Positions 1 to 9,105 of a stretch of DNA of 48,480 nt are shown here, piece after piece; position 1 is the stretch's first letter, and the number at the start of each line of letters is the position of its first letter. Location: positions 1-48,480 of the forward strand of contig CANRAT010000001.1 of NCBI GenBank assembly GCA_947628685.1, read 5' to 3'. Made by a program: the position numbers and the translations under genes. Below the pieces are notes generated by a model. It was given only the letters and a program-made list of their open reading frames with translations, did not search any database and was not told the origin of the DNA. Source of the DNA: an uncultured Bacilli bacterium. GTDB taxonomy: Bacteria > Bacillota_I > Bacilli_A > RF39 > UBA660.

Positions 1-16
1 CAAAACTCAACAAACA

Positions 17-59
17 AAAAACGTGCATTCCCTTTAAATATAAGGCTTTGCACGTTTTT
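17..59 (-). terminator. Rho-independent terminator downstream of smpB
   Basis: Inverted repeat ACGTGCA (21-27) / TGCACGT (49-55) with inner CCTT/AAGG pairing. On the minus strand the stem is followed by TTTTTGTTTG. Confidence 0.6.
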
Positions 60-120
60 GCTGTCAAACTCAAGATAAATGTAAAACAAAGTCAAGCATA
101 AGTTTCTATATTTCAAAGTA

Positions 121-573
121 TTAATTGGCATTATATTTATCTTTTAAAGATCTTTCATATTCTCTTTTTATATCTTTTTCTTTTATAGATTCTCTTTTAT
201 CGTAATTTTTTTTACCTTTTCCAAGTCCTAATAATATTTTTACTTTATTACCTTTAAAATATAGTTTTATAGGTATTAGAGTATATCCACTTATTTCTAC
301 TTTATTTTTTAATTTTAATATTTCTTGCTTTTTTAATAATAATTTTCTAGTTCTTCTCTCATCGTGATTAAAAATGCTTGCATCATTATATTTTGCAATA
401 TACATATTAAGTAAAAATACTTCACCATTTTTTATAACAGCATAACAATCTTTTAAGTTTGCAAGACCTTCTCTTATAGATTTAATCTCACTACCTTTAA
501 GTACTATTCCACATTCTATTTCTTCTAAAATAAAATAATCAAATGTTGCTTTTTTATTTTTTATTTCTATCAT
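121..573 (-). CDS. smpB: SsrA-binding protein SmpB
   Basis: 150-aa ORF with SmpB hallmarks: NKKATFDY, LKGSEIKSIREG, RTRKLLLKKQEI, and a basic tail GKGKKNYDKRESIKEKD. Its start overlaps the upstream ORF's stop by 4 nt. Confidence 0.95.
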   Translation of the reverse strand: MIEIKNKKATFDYFILEEIECGIVLKGSEIKSIREGLANLKDCYAVIKNGEVFLLNMYIAKYNDASIFNHDERRTRKLLLKKQEILKLKNKVEISGYTLIPIKLYFKGNKVKILLGLGKGKKNYDKRESIKEKDIKREYERSLKDKYNAN

Positions 574-1691
574 TCTTCATCACCTGTAACTATTTTCATA
601 TACTGTTTTTCTATTGCTTTATAATTAGAAAGTAAATTATCATCTAATTTAGAAAATGGTATTACTTTAAAATTAGTACTATTTTTTGCATAAGCAAGAG
701 TTAATTCTTGATATAAATTTTCAAATGATACTTTGTTATCTTTTAATACTATATCTACTCCTACCATAAGTCCTATACCATTATTAAGACCTATTGAAAG
801 TTGATTAGATATAAAATTACCTAATGAATATATTACTAAAGTATCGCCTATATATTCTATTTTTTGTACTACATGTGGATGGTGGCCTATTATAATATTT
901 ACACCTAAACTAGATAAATATTCTGCTATTTGCTTTTGTGATTCAGAAACTGTATTAGAATCTTCTACTCCCCAGTGCATTGAAACTATTATAACATCTA
1001 CTTTATCCTTTATACTTTCTATATCGTTTTTTGCTCTAGATGCAGAGTACATATTTAATATATAGTCATTTGGTGGTTTTCTATTCGATAGTGTTGTGTA
1101 GGCTAAAAATGCATATTTTATACCATTTTTTTCGTGTATTTCTATATTATTTCTCTCAGTTTCACTAGAATATGTACCCTCATATATTACATTTTTTGTT
1201 TTCCAATAACTATTAGAATATTTAATAGCATCTACACCTTTATCTAATGCATGGTTATTTGCAAGACTTATTAAATTAAATCCAAGATTTACAAGTTCAT
1301 CTCCTATTTCTTCTGGAGAATTAAAACTTGGATATCCACTTATACCAAGTGCAGTACCACCTATAGTAGATTCTTGATTACAAAATTTTAAATCATATTT
1401 ATTTATTATAGGTTCAACTTCTGTAAACATTTTATGAAAGTTATATGTATTACCATCATATGCATCTTTATAAACACTTTCGTGTATTAATATATCTCCT
1501 ACTGCAAGTAATGACATTCTTTTTTCATTTTGGATAGGTTTTGGATTTTCTTCTTTAATTGTAGGCTCACTTTTAGTATTATTATCTTTATTTATAATAT
1601 GAGGCATGAATAATATTACTATAGCAACTAAAATTAATACTATAAATAAGACATATACACTTCTTTTAATTTTTCTTTTTCTTTTTTTCAT
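570..1691 (-). CDS. CapA-family (PGA_cap) membrane-anchored metallophosphatase-like protein
   Basis: Basic N-terminus plus a TM helix. Motifs LLAVGDILIHE, SLANNHALDKG, VSMHWGVE and IGHHPHVVQ are typical of the CapA/PGA_cap family. AGGTGA RBS. Confidence 0.8.
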   Translation of the reverse strand: MKKRKRKIKRSVYVLFIVLILVAIVILFMPHIINKDNNTKSEPTIKEENPKPIQNEKRMSLLAVGDILIHESVYKDAYDGNTYNFHKMFTEVEPIINKYDLKFCNQESTIGGTALGISGYPSFNSPEEIGDELVNLGFNLISLANNHALDKGVDAIKYSNSYWKTKNVIYEGTYSSETERNNIEIHEKNGIKYAFLAYTTLSNRKPPNDYILNMYSASRAKNDIESIKDKVDVIIVSMHWGVEDSNTVSESQKQIAEYLSSLGVNIIIGHHPHVVQKIEYIGDTLVIYSLGNFISNQLSIGLNNGIGLMVGVDIVLKDNKVSFENLYQELTLAYAKNSTNFKVIPFSKLDDNLLSNYKAIEKQYMKIVTGDEE

Positions 1692-1708
1692 ATTTCACCT
1701 AGTATTAG

Positions 1709-3799
1709 TTATTTCTTTATTGTAAAATCAATTGTATGATTTATTTTACTTGCTGATTTTACAACTACTTTAACTTCATCTCCTAATCTATATCCTCGTT
1801 TATTTTTATTTCCTATAAGTGAGAATGTTGATTCATCATATGTATAATAATCATCTGTTAAATCATCTATTTTTACTAAACCTTCTATTTTATTTGGAAG
1901 AAGAACAAACATACCGAATGATACAACTCCAGATACTATTCCACTAAATTCTTCTCCTATATGTTTTTCCATATATTCAGCCATTTTCATATCGTCTACT
2001 TCACGTTCACATTCAACTGCAGCACGTTCACGTTCTGAAGTGTGTAATGATATAACCGCTAATTTTTGATCCCAATATTTAAGTGTATCAATATTTATAT
2101 TTTTATTAAATAAATATGTTCTAAGAAGTCTATGAACTGTTGTATCTGGATATCTTCTAATAGGAGATGTAAAATGTGTATAACATTTACTTGCTAGTCC
2201 AAAGTGTCCTATGTTTGTTTTATCATAAACTGCCTTTTGCATACTTCTTAAAAGTAATTGCGATAGTATACTATATTCTTTAGTATCTTTTAATTCATTT
2301 AATAAATTTTGAAGTGCTTTAGGAGTTATTTTATTCATTTTGTGTACACTATATCCTAATATACTTACAAAATTTAAGAAGTTATTTATTTTTTCTTCAT
2401 TAGGTTCCCCGTGCACACGGTAAATAAAAGGATATTCCATATAAGTTATATGACGGGCAACTGTTTCATTTGCTGCAATCATAAAATCTTCAATTAGGTT
2501 TTCACCTTTACTTCTTTCTCTTAATTTAACGTCTATTGCTTCGCCTTTTTCATCAGTAATTATTTTAGGTTCATCTATTTCAAAATCAATATAACCTTTC
2601 TTTACTTTATTTGCTCTTAATATATCTGCAAGTTCACTCATAAGTTTTAAACTCTGAGCATAAGGCTCATATCCTATAGGTACTACATTATCATTAAGGA
2701 TACTGTTTACATTTTTATATGTCATTTGTATTCTAGATTTTATGACACTTTCAAATATATCATAATTTACTATTTCGCCTTCACTATCTATTTCCATAAC
2801 GCAACTTATTGCAAGTCTATCTACATTTGGATTTAATGAACATATTCCATTTGACAATTCGTGTGGTAACATAGGTATAACTGTATTAGCAAGATATACA
2901 CTAGTTCCTCTTTTTTGTGCTTCTAAATCAAGAGGACTATTTTCTTTTACATAATAACTAACATCTGCTATATGTACGCCTAATTTATAATTACCATTTG
3001 ATAATTTTTCTATTGATACTGCATCATCTATATCTTTAGTATCATCACCATCAATAGTAAATATCATTTCATTTGTTAAATCTTTTCTATTTTTATATTC
3101 ATTTTCAAGTACCTTAGAAGGTATGTTTTTTACTTCTTCTATTACATCATTTGGAAATTCTTCTTCTATTTCATATTTGGCTGCTATACTTAATATATCC
3201 ACTCCAGGGTCATCTATGTGTCCTAATATTTTTATAATTGCGCCTCTATAAGTTATATTATCTTTTCTATCTAAAAGTCTTACTATAACTTTATGTCCAC
3301 TTACTGCATTTAAAGTTTTATCACTATCTACTTCTATATTCAAATTTACTTTTTTATCATCTAAGTCTATTAAACATTTATTGTTTTTAAAGTATACTTT
3401 ACCTACAAATTGTTTAATTTTTCTTTCTATTACTTTTACTACTCTACCTTCAAGTTTTAAACCTTTTTTTGATGTAATTTCTACTATAACTTGATCGTTA
3501 TTTATGGCTCCATTTAGATTTTCCTCTTTAATAAATACATCTTCGTCGCCCTCTATATCAGCAAAAGCATATCCTTTTTTTGTGCCTAATAATTTACCTA
3601 ATTTTAAATTACTTTTATCAAATAACATATATTTTTCTTTTTTTGTTCTATATATTTTATAATCATTTTCAAGTTTATTTAATTCTTTTAATAGTTCTTT
3701 TAATTCATCTACTGTAGAAAATCCAAGTAAACTTTCTATTTCGGCTACATCAAAGGCTCTATTTTCACTTTTTAATATGTCTAATATTTTTTCTTCCAT
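1709..3799 (-). CDS. rnr: Ribonuclease R (3'-5' exoribonuclease, RNB plus S1 domains)
   Basis: RNB catalytic motif TIDGDDTKDIDDAVS, the HFGL...YTHFTSPIRRYPD motif, and a C-terminal S1-like domain (GIVSGVVSFGMFVLL). The ORF is open to 3844, but the ATG at 3799 (MEEKILD) is preceded by GGTGA at 4 nt, so it is preferred as the start. Confidence 0.92.
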   Translation of the reverse strand: MEEKILDILKSENRAFDVAEIESLLGFSTVDELKELLKELNKLENDYKIYRTKKEKYMLFDKSNLKLGKLLGTKKGYAFADIEGDEDVFIKEENLNGAINNDQVIVEITSKKGLKLEGRVVKVIERKIKQFVGKVYFKNNKCLIDLDDKKVNLNIEVDSDKTLNAVSGHKVIVRLLDRKDNITYRGAIIKILGHIDDPGVDILSIAAKYEIEEEFPNDVIEEVKNIPSKVLENEYKNRKDLTNEMIFTIDGDDTKDIDDAVSIEKLSNGNYKLGVHIADVSYYVKENSPLDLEAQKRGTSVYLANTVIPMLPHELSNGICSLNPNVDRLAISCVMEIDSEGEIVNYDIFESVIKSRIQMTYKNVNSILNDNVVPIGYEPYAQSLKLMSELADILRANKVKKGYIDFEIDEPKIITDEKGEAIDVKLRERSKGENLIEDFMIAANETVARHITYMEYPFIYRVHGEPNEEKINNFLNFVSILGYSVHKMNKITPKALQNLLNELKDTKEYSILSQLLLRSMQKAVYDKTNIGHFGLASKCYTHFTSPIRRYPDTTVHRLLRTYLFNKNINIDTLKYWDQKLAVISLHTSERERAAVECEREVDDMKMAEYMEKHIGEEFSGIVSGVVSFGMFVLLPNKIEGLVKIDDLTDDYYTYDESTFSLIGNKNKRGYRLGDEVKVVVKSASKINHTIDFTIKK

Positions 3800-3899
3800 A
3801 TTATCACCAATTATATTATAATGTATTTTGTCCATTTGTTTCAATAGTTTTTGATAAATTTTAACCTAAAATGTAAAGAATGAAAGTAAAAACTTTCAT

Positions 3900-4490
3900 T
3901 CATATTAATTTCTCAAATTTTTTTATTAAAAGTTCATGGTTTGAGGTGTGTTCAAAATAGTAACAAATGGATACCATTATAGCACCTAGAAATGCGACTA
4001 TTATATCTCCCATCGTGTCACTAACACCAGTAAGCGCTACTCTTTGAGGATCTAAATTTAAATAATAACTTGATAAATATTCAAATATTTCCCAAAGTGC
4101 GGCTATAGCAAGTGAAAAGAAAATTAAAAACAATATATTGAAAACTAAATTTTTATTATGTTTATTTTTAACTAGTATAAATATTGCAACAAATGTAGTA
4201 AGTATACCTGATACAAAGTGTGTAAATTTATCAAACCAATAAATTTTATTATATAATTCTACATTTGCGCCAAGGAAATGCGCAACAAATACGAATAATA
4301 TATATGCAAATTTTAGCCCATCGTTTATTTTTATTTTAAATATTTTTTCTATAAAAAATATTCCTGTAATAGTTATTATTATAGATGCATCTTTTAACAT
4401 CAAACCTAGTTTATAATCTCTTGTAAATACAAAATATAAACTAACTATAATAGATGTCACTACAAGTAAGAAATTAATCTTTTTTATCAT
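3900..4490 (-). CDS. Polytopic membrane protein of unknown function (possibly DUF2238/YjdF-like)
   Basis: 196 aa with about 6 hydrophobic helices. Motifs FDKFTHFVSG and WEIFEY...DTMGD resemble the DUF2238 family, but this is from memory only. The start overlaps the rmuC stop by 17 nt. Confidence 0.55.
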   Translation of the reverse strand: MIKKINFLLVVTSIIVSLYFVFTRDYKLGLMLKDASIIITITGIFFIEKIFKIKINDGLKFAYILFVFVAHFLGANVELYNKIYWFDKFTHFVSGILTTFVAIFILVKNKHNKNLVFNILFLIFFSLAIAALWEIFEYLSSYYLNLDPQRVALTGVSDTMGDIIVAFLGAIMVSICYYFEHTSNHELLIKKFEKLI

Positions 4491-5538
4491 CTAATTCACC
4501 CATTTCAACCTGATTTATACTGTCAAATCTTTTTGTTATTTTATCAGTTGTAGTATGTATATCTTTAACATCTTTACTAACTGTTTCAATGCTTCTATAT
4601 AATTTATCCCATCTATCTTTATATCTTTTAAATTCTTCATCTAATAATCTTAATTCGTTGTGTATTACTTTAGCATATTTATCTCTTTCTATATTTTTAA
4701 TTATAATTTGTATTGTTGTAAGAGTGCTTATTAAAGTTGTAGGACTTGTAATCCAAACTCTTTTTTTATATGCATATTCAAGTATATTGGTGTGGTACGC
4801 ATTTACTTCTGCAAAGATTGCTTCTGCAGGTAAAAATAGTATTGCTTGATCGCTAGTAATACCCGGAATTATATATTTACTACTAATTGCATCAATATGT
4901 TTTTTCATATCCATTTTAAACATTTTTTCAGCCTGTTGCCTAGTAGTTAAATTATTGTTCCTATCTACCATTATTTGATAATTTTCAAGTGGAAATTTAG
5001 AATCTATTGCAATTGTTCCAAGAGGTTCAGGTGTATATAGAACTGCATCTGCAACTGTTCCATTATTAAATGTATGTTGCATTTCAAATATTTTTGTATT
5101 ATTTTTTCCAAAAACATTAGATAAAATATTTTCTAAGTTAACTTCACCAAATATTCCTCTAGTTTTTTTATCTGTTAAAACACCTTGAAGTGAAACTATA
5201 TCACTAGATAAAGTGTCTATCTTTTTTTGAGCCTCATCTATTTTTGATAATCTTTCAAGTACATTAGTAAATGTTTTATTTGTCTTTTCAAAATTTTCAT
5301 CTAATCTTTCATTTACTTTATCATTAATATACTTAAGTCTATTATCAAGTCTTTCTGTTTGATTATTGAAATCATTAGTTAAACTTCTAGCAAAATCACT
5401 TTTAAATTCTCCTATTTCTTTTATTACACTTATCTCTAATTTATCTATTTTATCTAAATTATTATCATTTTTTCTAAATATAATTACAACAATTAAAATT
5501 AATATTATTATTAATAATCCTAGTATTATATACTCCAT
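4474..5538 (-). CDS. rmuC: DNA recombination protein RmuC
   Basis: N-terminal TM helix, a long coiled-coil region, and a C-terminal RmuC nuclease-like core (GIFGEVNLENIL, ADAVLYTP, IAIDSKFPLENY, AILFLPAEAIF). Confidence 0.88.
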   Translation of the reverse strand: MEYIILGLLIIILILIVVIIFRKNDNNLDKIDKLEISVIKEIGEFKSDFARSLTNDFNNQTERLDNRLKYINDKVNERLDENFEKTNKTFTNVLERLSKIDEAQKKIDTLSSDIVSLQGVLTDKKTRGIFGEVNLENILSNVFGKNNTKIFEMQHTFNNGTVADAVLYTPEPLGTIAIDSKFPLENYQIMVDRNNNLTTRQQAEKMFKMDMKKHIDAISSKYIIPGITSDQAILFLPAEAIFAEVNAYHTNILEYAYKKRVWITSPTTLISTLTTIQIIIKNIERDKYAKVIHNELRLLDEEFKRYKDRWDKLYRSIETVSKDVKDIHTTTDKITKRFDSINQVEMGELDDKKD

Positions 5539-5561
5539 GTTATCACCATATTAATTATACT

Positions 5562-5591
5562 AAAAAAGAATAGAAAAATCTATTCTTTTTT
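5562..5591 (-). terminator. Rho-independent terminator after the pilin-FGE fusion gene
   Basis: Stem AAAAAAGAATAG (5562-5573) / CTATTCTTTTTT (5580-5591) with a 6-nt loop. U-run on the minus-strand transcript. Confidence 0.6.
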
Positions 5592-7327
5592 TAAGAAAGT
5601 ATTAAACGAAATCCGACGCCAGATGGAATACCACCATGTACATAAAATTGAAATATTCCAACTTTAACATCAGAAACACCTGAGCCTCCGCCTCGAGTGA
5701 CCCAACTAGTAGATTTTTGAACATAGTCGCACTCATCATTATACCATGATAAAGTTTCACCGAATGCTTGTCCATTACAAGTAGAATTTACGCAAACCGA
5801 ATAACTAATATTATCTAAATTATATTTATCGTAATACTTTTCATCTGGTAATTCTGCTTCATTAGTCTCTAGTGTATCATCACTATTTTTTCCATTAAAT
5901 CCTGTCTTTTGTCCGTCTAAACCAACTTTGTCCCCATTAAATACATATGGAATTCCCTCTTTATCAACTGCTACACCCATGACAAACTCTTCAATACCAC
6001 CACTCATATCATATATTCCATATATATTTCCTGTTGTTGATGCTCCTGTTCCACTATTTTTTACGTCATAATGATACGTACCTTCAGTAGTTGAACTATT
6101 TTTTGAGGTCGTTGGAGCACCCAAACTCCTTCCTGTATAATTTCTTGATGAATTATTCGTATATACTTCTTTATTTTCACCTGTATAGGAACTATTGTTG
6201 TATTTACCATACAAACTTTGAGTGAGGTATGCCACTGCTGCCCATTCAATATTTTTACTCATATGTGTATCTATTTTATCTTTATTTAATCCAAACGCAT
6301 TGCCTTCTCTTGACATCGATCTTGAAGCATAAAAGAAATTGGCAACATTGTTATTAGTTAAGGCAATTTGATTAGGTAACACTCTTAATCCGTCAGCGCT
6401 TTCACAATTTTCATTACTGCAATTTAAACTATTAACTTCATTTTTTGATGAAAATGTCGCATGACTTGTCTCAAACTTTCCCATCCAATAACCACTGAGT
6501 TCTTTGCTACCAAATGTAAATGCTGGATGCGTTAACCATCCACTAGGTGTATTCCCATCATATGTTGCAGTTCCGGTATCCTTTGTACTTTTATTTATAA
6601 ATTTTATATCTATTGCTCCTGGATTTGGATAACATAATTCTGAAAACATATTGTTGCAAGCAACACTTTCTCCTTTTGCAGTTGAAGATATAGTGTAAGA
6701 ATATCTTGGTATCCATACAAACATCGCAAGTGCTTCAGGGTCATCACCATCTACAGTGATTTCATCTCCAGAATGTTTTTCAATACCTTTTTTTAATACT
6801 ACTGCGTTAGCCCACCATTGTTCTTGATAAGAGTACCATTTTTCATTCAAATCGGCTATTACCCATGATGATTTATCTTCATCATATATTACTGGATATA
6901 ATCCTTCAAATAATTCGGGATCCGAACCATTTAATAACTCTTCCTTATATGGTATATGCTCTACACATTCATCATTATTTTTTAATTCATATGTATATCC
7001 ATTATTATAATTTATTTGTACACTTTTTAATTCTGTTTGGTCTTCATCTGTATCTGAAAATACTATTGGAGATTTTATATATCCTTCACTTACTAATTCA
7101 CTTAAAGTCACACAATAACTATTTCCATTTTGTTCATCAAATTTATCTTTATTTGAATCTATATATAAATTTGCTGCATTTTCAACTAATTTATTTGTTA
7201 AACTTTTTACTTCTCCTCTTGAATTTGTAATTAAATTTAATACACTTGGAAATACTAAGGTTAAAATAACCGCTAATAAAATCAATACTCCAAGTAATTC
7301 TACTAAAGTAAATCCTCTATTTTTCAT
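5591..7327 (-). CDS. Type IV prepilin-like protein fused to an FGE-sulfatase (SUMF1)-like C-terminal domain
   Basis: N-terminus MKNRG/FTLVELLGVLILLAVI is a class-III prepilin cleavage/methylation motif (G-FTLxE). The C-terminal half has FGE-sulfatase-like motifs: NIEWAAVAYL, GIYDMSGGIEEFV, WVTRGGGS, VGFRLILS. GAGGA RBS. Confidence 0.8.
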   Translation of the reverse strand: MKNRGFTLVELLGVLILLAVILTLVFPSVLNLITNSRGEVKSLTNKLVENAANLYIDSNKDKFDEQNGNSYCVTLSELVSEGYIKSPIVFSDTDEDQTELKSVQINYNNGYTYELKNNDECVEHIPYKEELLNGSDPELFEGLYPVIYDEDKSSWVIADLNEKWYSYQEQWWANAVVLKKGIEKHSGDEITVDGDDPEALAMFVWIPRYSYTISSTAKGESVACNNMFSELCYPNPGAIDIKFINKSTKDTGTATYDGNTPSGWLTHPAFTFGSKELSGYWMGKFETSHATFSSKNEVNSLNCSNENCESADGLRVLPNQIALTNNNVANFFYASRSMSREGNAFGLNKDKIDTHMSKNIEWAAVAYLTQSLYGKYNNSSYTGENKEVYTNNSSRNYTGRSLGAPTTSKNSSTTEGTYHYDVKNSGTGASTTGNIYGIYDMSGGIEEFVMGVAVDKEGIPYVFNGDKVGLDGQKTGFNGKNSDDTLETNEAELPDEKYYDKYNLDNISYSVCVNSTCNGQAFGETLSWYNDECDYVQKSTSWVTRGGGSGVSDVKVGIFQFYVHGGIPSGVGFRLILS

Positions 7328-7348
7328 ATTATCACTATCCTCTATTTA

Positions 7349-7377
7349 AGTATAGCATTTTTTTAAAATATAATCAA
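7349..7377 (-). promoter_or_regulatory. Sigma-A-type promoter for the pilin-FGE gene
   Basis: Minus strand reads TTGATT (7377-7372), 17 nt, then TGcTATACT (extended -10, hexamer at 7354-7349). It lies about 20 nt upstream of the GAGGA RBS. Confidence 0.5.
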
Positions 7378-7381
7378 TTGC

Positions 7382-8608
7382 CTATTCATAAAGTGGGAGA
7401 TAAACTGTTACTTTAGTTCCTTTTCCATATTCTGATGAATATTCTATTTTACCATTATGTGCTTCTACTATTTCATATACAAGTGATACTCCAAGTCCTG
7501 ATCCTCTTTTCTTTGTTGTAAAGAAAGGATTTTTCATTTTATTCATAGTTTCTTTACTCATTCCAATTCCATTATCTTCAATAGTTAAATAATATTTATT
7601 GTCTTTTATTTTAGTTGAGATATTTATTTTACCAGTTTTATCGTCAGGTATAGCCTCTATACAATTTTTTATAATATTTATAAGTACTTGACTTAATTTA
7701 TTATAATCTCCATTTATAAATATTTCATCATCTATAATATTTAAGTTTAATTCTATATTATTATCTTTTAATAAAGGATTTAATTTGTTTATAGTATCTT
7801 CTATTAACATATTAAAATCCATTATATCAAGATCTAAATTTATTTTATTAATCAATAAATAATCTTGTAAAAGAGTAAGTAATCTTTCTATTTCTGATTT
7901 TATTATAGGTATATACTTTTCTACTTGCTTACTGTCTCTTACATTCATCATGTCTAAATATCCCTTACAAACCGCTATTGGATTTTTTATTTCGTGTGTT
8001 ATTTTAAATAAAGATAGTCTTATTTGTTTTTCTTGTTGTAATTCTTTATAAGTTAAATGTGTTTGTAATATTTTTTTTGCAACTTCATACATTAAACACA
8101 TTATATTTACTATAATTCCGTAGCACATTATTATAAATAATATATTTGATACATCAAAAAATTCTCTATTATATAAATATATCCATAAATAATAAACCAC
8201 ACTACTTATTATCACACTTAATTCAACAAAGATATAATTCATAACTTTTTTATATTTTGTTATTAAATATATTATTGCTATAACAATATATCCAATAAGT
8301 AAAAAAAGTATATTATTATAAGAACTATAAGTAATAATAATTCCACCTAAAAATATATTTGCAAATACATATTTATCTTCTAAATATGAAAATATTATTA
8401 TTGAATTTAAAATTAAAATTGGCATTATATTTGCATTTTTATTATCAAAGTCGTATATTAAAAATGCAGAAGATATAAGTGCGAGTTTTAAATAAATATT
8501 TTTATGTTTATTTGTCATATTCTTATTGGTAGATAAGTATATTAAATAAATAAACATAGGGAAAAGAAGTAAAATTGTATTTAAAAGTACCATTTGAAAT
8601 AAATTCAT
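7382..8608 (-). CDS. Orphan sensor histidine kinase with a multi-TM N-terminal domain
   Basis: About 6-7 N-terminal TM helices. H-box THEIKNPIAV, N-box INIIKNCIEA, G1 DNGIGM, G2 GSGLGVSL. No response-regulator gene is adjacent. Confidence 0.88.
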   Translation of the reverse strand: MNLFQMVLLNTILLLFPMFIYLIYLSTNKNMTNKHKNIYLKLALISSAFLIYDFDNKNANIMPILILNSIIIFSYLEDKYVFANIFLGGIIITYSSYNNILFLLIGYIVIAIIYLITKYKKVMNYIFVELSVIISSVVYYLWIYLYNREFFDVSNILFIIMCYGIIVNIMCLMYEVAKKILQTHLTYKELQQEKQIRLSLFKITHEIKNPIAVCKGYLDMMNVRDSKQVEKYIPIIKSEIERLLTLLQDYLLINKINLDLDIMDFNMLIEDTINKLNPLLKDNNIELNLNIIDDEIFINGDYNKLSQVLINIIKNCIEAIPDDKTGKINISTKIKDNKYYLTIEDNGIGMSKETMNKMKNPFFTTKKRGSGLGVSLVYEIVEAHNGKIEYSSEYGKGTKVTVYLPLYE

Positions 8609-8630
8609 AATCTATCACCAAAAAAATTAT

Positions 8631-8660
8631 ATTATATTTTTTTGTCGAAAGTTGTCGAAA
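8631..8660 (-). promoter_or_regulatory. Putative promoter of the histidine-kinase gene overlapping a 10-bp-period direct repeat
   Basis: Minus strand reads TCGACA (8658-8653), 16 nt, then TATAAT (8636-8631). The -35 region is built from two tandem TTTCGACAA units (plus-strand TTGTCGAAA at 8642-8650 and 8652-8660). Confidence 0.4.
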
Positions 8661-8663
8661 AAT

Positions 8664-8689
8664 GAAAAAAAGTGACGAAATATCACTTT
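8664..8689 (-). terminator. Rho-independent terminator after the EIIB-like gene
   Basis: Stem AAAGTGA (8669-8675) / TCACTTT (8683-8689) with a 7-nt loop, followed by a U-run on the minus strand. The stem overlaps the TGA stop. Confidence 0.55.
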
Positions 8690-9003
8690 AGTTCATTAAT
8701 ATATTTTTTTATTTGTTTCGCACTGCTACCTAATATTATTTTAAGTTGATTATCAATCTCTACAATTCCTTGTGCGCCCATTTTTTGTATGCCCTCTTTA
8801 TTTGCTTTAGAGACATCTTTTAAATTAACTACAAATCTAGATTTATTAAATTCATAATTTATTACATTATCTTTACCACCTAAAAGCATTATTAATTTAT
8901 TTGCCTCTAGTTTAAAATCTTTTTTCTTTGAACGCGTTATTGCAATTGCGATTATTAATCCTATTATAATAACTAGTATATATTCAAATTTCAGTTCAAA
9001 CAT
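8683..9003 (-). CDS. Membrane-anchored PTS EIIB(Glc)-like domain protein lacking the catalytic cysteine
   Basis: N-terminal TM helix followed by LLGGKDNVINYEFNKSRFVVNLKD. This aligns with the EIIB motif LGGxxNI..x.HCxTRLR, but Asn replaces the phospho-Cys. Confidence 0.65.
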   Translation of the reverse strand: MFELKFEYILVIIIGLIIAIAITRSKKKDFKLEANKLIMLLGGKDNVINYEFNKSRFVVNLKDVSKANKEGIQKMGAQGIVEIDNQLKIILGSSAKQIKKYINELK

Positions 9004-9105
9004 CGAATCACCTATTTAATTATACTATATTTTTGAAAAAAAAGAAATATCTTATTTTTTATTGTATAAATTATAAAAAGAGTGTAAGATAATAATGGTG
9101 ATGGT

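Noticed and set aside
1-120. tmRNA (ssrA) downstream of smpB, as is common in Firmicutes.
   Set aside because: The 120 nt available contain only a terminator hairpin. There is no GGGG-type tmRNA 5' end or tRNA-like acceptor. If ssrA is present, it lies outside the window.
3799-3844. Longer N-terminal extensions given by the ORF track for rnr, 14960-15454, 17927-19936, 21730-22329, 29790-31304, 35432-35863, 35997-36686, 46077-46514, scpA and 11303-12388.
   Set aside because: In each case an internal ATG, GTG or TTG lies 4-11 nt downstream of a GGAGG/GGTGA-type RBS. That start gives a canonical N-terminus (signal peptide, prepilin leader or a conserved family start), whereas the upstream start has no RBS.
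6061-6249. Same-strand alternative-frame ORFs lie inside larger genes: 6061-6249 within the pilin-FGE gene, and 18379-18600 within the Asn/Asp-rich tract of the C39-like gene.
   Set aside because: They are out of frame with strongly supported CDSs. They have no RBS, and the second is merely the shifted reading of a low-complexity AAT/GAT tract.
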